From Fidelibacterota bacterium (GTDB taxonomy: Bacteria; Fidelibacterota; UBA8477; JABMPR01), in contig JADHUM010000003.1 in assembly GCA_016784545.1 (NCBI GenBank), positions 3,983 to 67,982 on the forward strand: DNA of 64,000 bases. Reading direction: 5' to 3'. Every line of letters begins with the position of its first letter. Position 1 is the first letter of the stretch. The translations under genes and the position numbers were made by a program. The notes under the pieces were generated by a model that was given only the letters and a program-made list of their open reading frames with translations, was not told the DNA's origin and made no database searches. Below, piece by piece: positions 62,962 through 64,000 of the stretch.

Positions 62962-64000
62962 TCATTTCTTTGTCAATTGGAGAGGCATCTCGAAATAAAA
63001 AATATTCCCCGTCGGTTGATTAGGACGGACACCAACCTCAGCCCCGTGTACTTCTGCAATGCGTTTGACAATGGCAAGTCCGAGTCCTGATCCACGCATC
63101 TTCCCATTGGCCAACTGTATACTTCTTATAAATACTGAATCCCGATCATCATCTGCAATCGTTTTCCCTACATCCCTAACGCAAAATTCGATGCGTTCTG
63201 AATCCTTTTTAAGACTCACTTCAACCGGTTCTCCAGAAGGTGCATACTTCAAAACGTTGCTCAGGTAGTTCCTAAATACTTCAGAGATAATGGGGTTGGC
63301 GATGTGCATAATATTAGTCTCAACACTGAGTAGAAGTGGACTCCCCTCACCTTTAAAACTCGGTTTATACTCATCAATAACTTCATTTACTAAGTCGCTG
63401 ATATTTATATCCACCATATTGATACTCTCACCAAGAGAAATGCGGGCTAATGCAGTTGTATTGTCAAGGACCTTTAGCAACACATCAGAACTATCCTTAA
63501 TGAGTTGGAGTTCATCACTGACCTCTTCGCCCATGGTCAAAATGTCAGCAATACCAGAGATAACTCCTGCAGGGTTTTTGAGATCATGGGAAATTACATC
63601 GAGAAGCAGCGCTTTGATGTTATTTGAATCACTTAATTGTTTCGATAATTCTCGATGCATTGCTTCGGATTCACGGAGTTTTTCATCCTCAATATTAATT
63701 TTGATGCTTAACGCTATTTGGTCCGAGACAAAGTTTAGCATCTCGATATCCCCATTATCGTAGACCACATCTTTGGTATAGCTTTGAACGGCCATAATCC
63801 CAATAGGCCTGTCTTCTACAATAAGTGGACAGCCGAGCCACTGTTCAGAGGGTGTCCCCAGTAAATCAATTTTCCCCTCTTTGTTCATCGTATAGAACTC
63901 TTCTTTGGTGAGTAAAATAGGGAAACCACTTTTTATCACGTAGGCAGTGATTCCACGTTCTGCTTTTACGGGATCAGGTGGGGGTGAATCAAATTCATCA
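62962..64000 (-). CDS. Sensor histidine kinase; N-terminus lies beyond the window end.
   Basis: HisKA H-box (ISHDLKNPAG) and HATPase G2 box (GSGLGLAIVKR). The reading frame stays open upstream of the ORF-track GTG start to position 64000. Confidence 0.8.
   Translation of the reverse strand, partial: DEFDSPPPDPVKAERGITAYVIKSGFPILLTKEEFYTMNKEGKIDLLGTPSEQWLGCPLIVEDRPIGIMAVQSYTKDVVYDNGDIEMLNFVSDQIALSIKINIEDEKLRESEAMHRELSKQLSDSNNIKALLLDVISHDLKNPAGVISGIADILTMGEEVSDELQLIKDSSDVLLKVLDNTTALARISLGESINMVDINISDLVNEVIDEYKPSFKGEGSPLLLSVETNIMHIANPIISEVFRNYLSNVLKYAPSGEPVEVSLKKDSERIEFCVRDVGKTIADDDRDSVFIRSIQLANGKMRGSGLGLAIVKRIAEVHGAEVGVRPNQPTGNIFYFEMPLQLTKK

Overview
Bacterial chromosomal window of about 43% GC, densely coding, mostly housekeeping plus envelope and redox functions. 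A T9SS-type C-terminal sorting domain and a dockerin-bearing protein suggest a Bacteroidota/FCB-group-like marine or anaerobic lineage; no taxon can be assigned from sequence alone. Main blocks are listed below.
- 1-2052: the 3' end of a dockerin-repeat protein, and a radical-SAM (SplB-like) gene.
- 2257-8894: a complete hydrogenase maturation operon, hypA-hypB-hypF-(four-helix-bundle gene)-hypC-hypD-hypE. No hydrogenase structural genes are present in the window.
- 8908-18959, minus strand: a lipoprotein, prolyl oligopeptidase, a DksA-like gene, and a Bacillus-type beta-oxidation operon tetR-fadE-fadA-fadN with an inverted-repeat operator.
- 19200-29419: a roughly 10 kb thiol/oxidative-stress island. 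It contains di-haem cytochrome c peroxidase, a DUF2231-like membrane protein, a thioredoxin-fold lipoprotein paired with a beta-barrel protein, TlpA, a T9SS cargo protein, a small Cys-motif membrane protein, rhodanese, OsmC, DUF1858, CoA-disulfide reductase, a stand-alone groES, a glutaredoxin-like gene, and a Cys4 anti-sigma/ECF sigma pair.
- 29453-45787, minus strand: prfA, rpmE, an aminotransferase, rho, and folC-murI-amiC co-oriented with two unknown envelope proteins, then ftsB and eno.
- 46047-61562, plus strand: a K+ channel-like RCK protein with a non-canonical filter, ychF, MOSC, hydrolases, a GH13 lipoprotein, TlpA, ligA, biotin carboxylase-BCCP, a DjlA-like gene, a methylmalonyl-CoA mutase catalytic subunit and birA.
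- 61559-64000, minus strand: metF, and a response regulator plus partial histidine kinase at the window edge.
Three octamer tandem-repeat arrays sharing a GAGTT/AACT core sit at the 3' ends of genes: one at the hypF stop, and two opposed arrays totalling about 320 bp between GDSL and yjbQ. A degenerate duplicate of the dockerin C-terminus lies in a convergent intergenic region. I found no rRNA, tRNA, CRISPR or clear mobile element. All calls rest on motif recognition by eye; no database searches were run.
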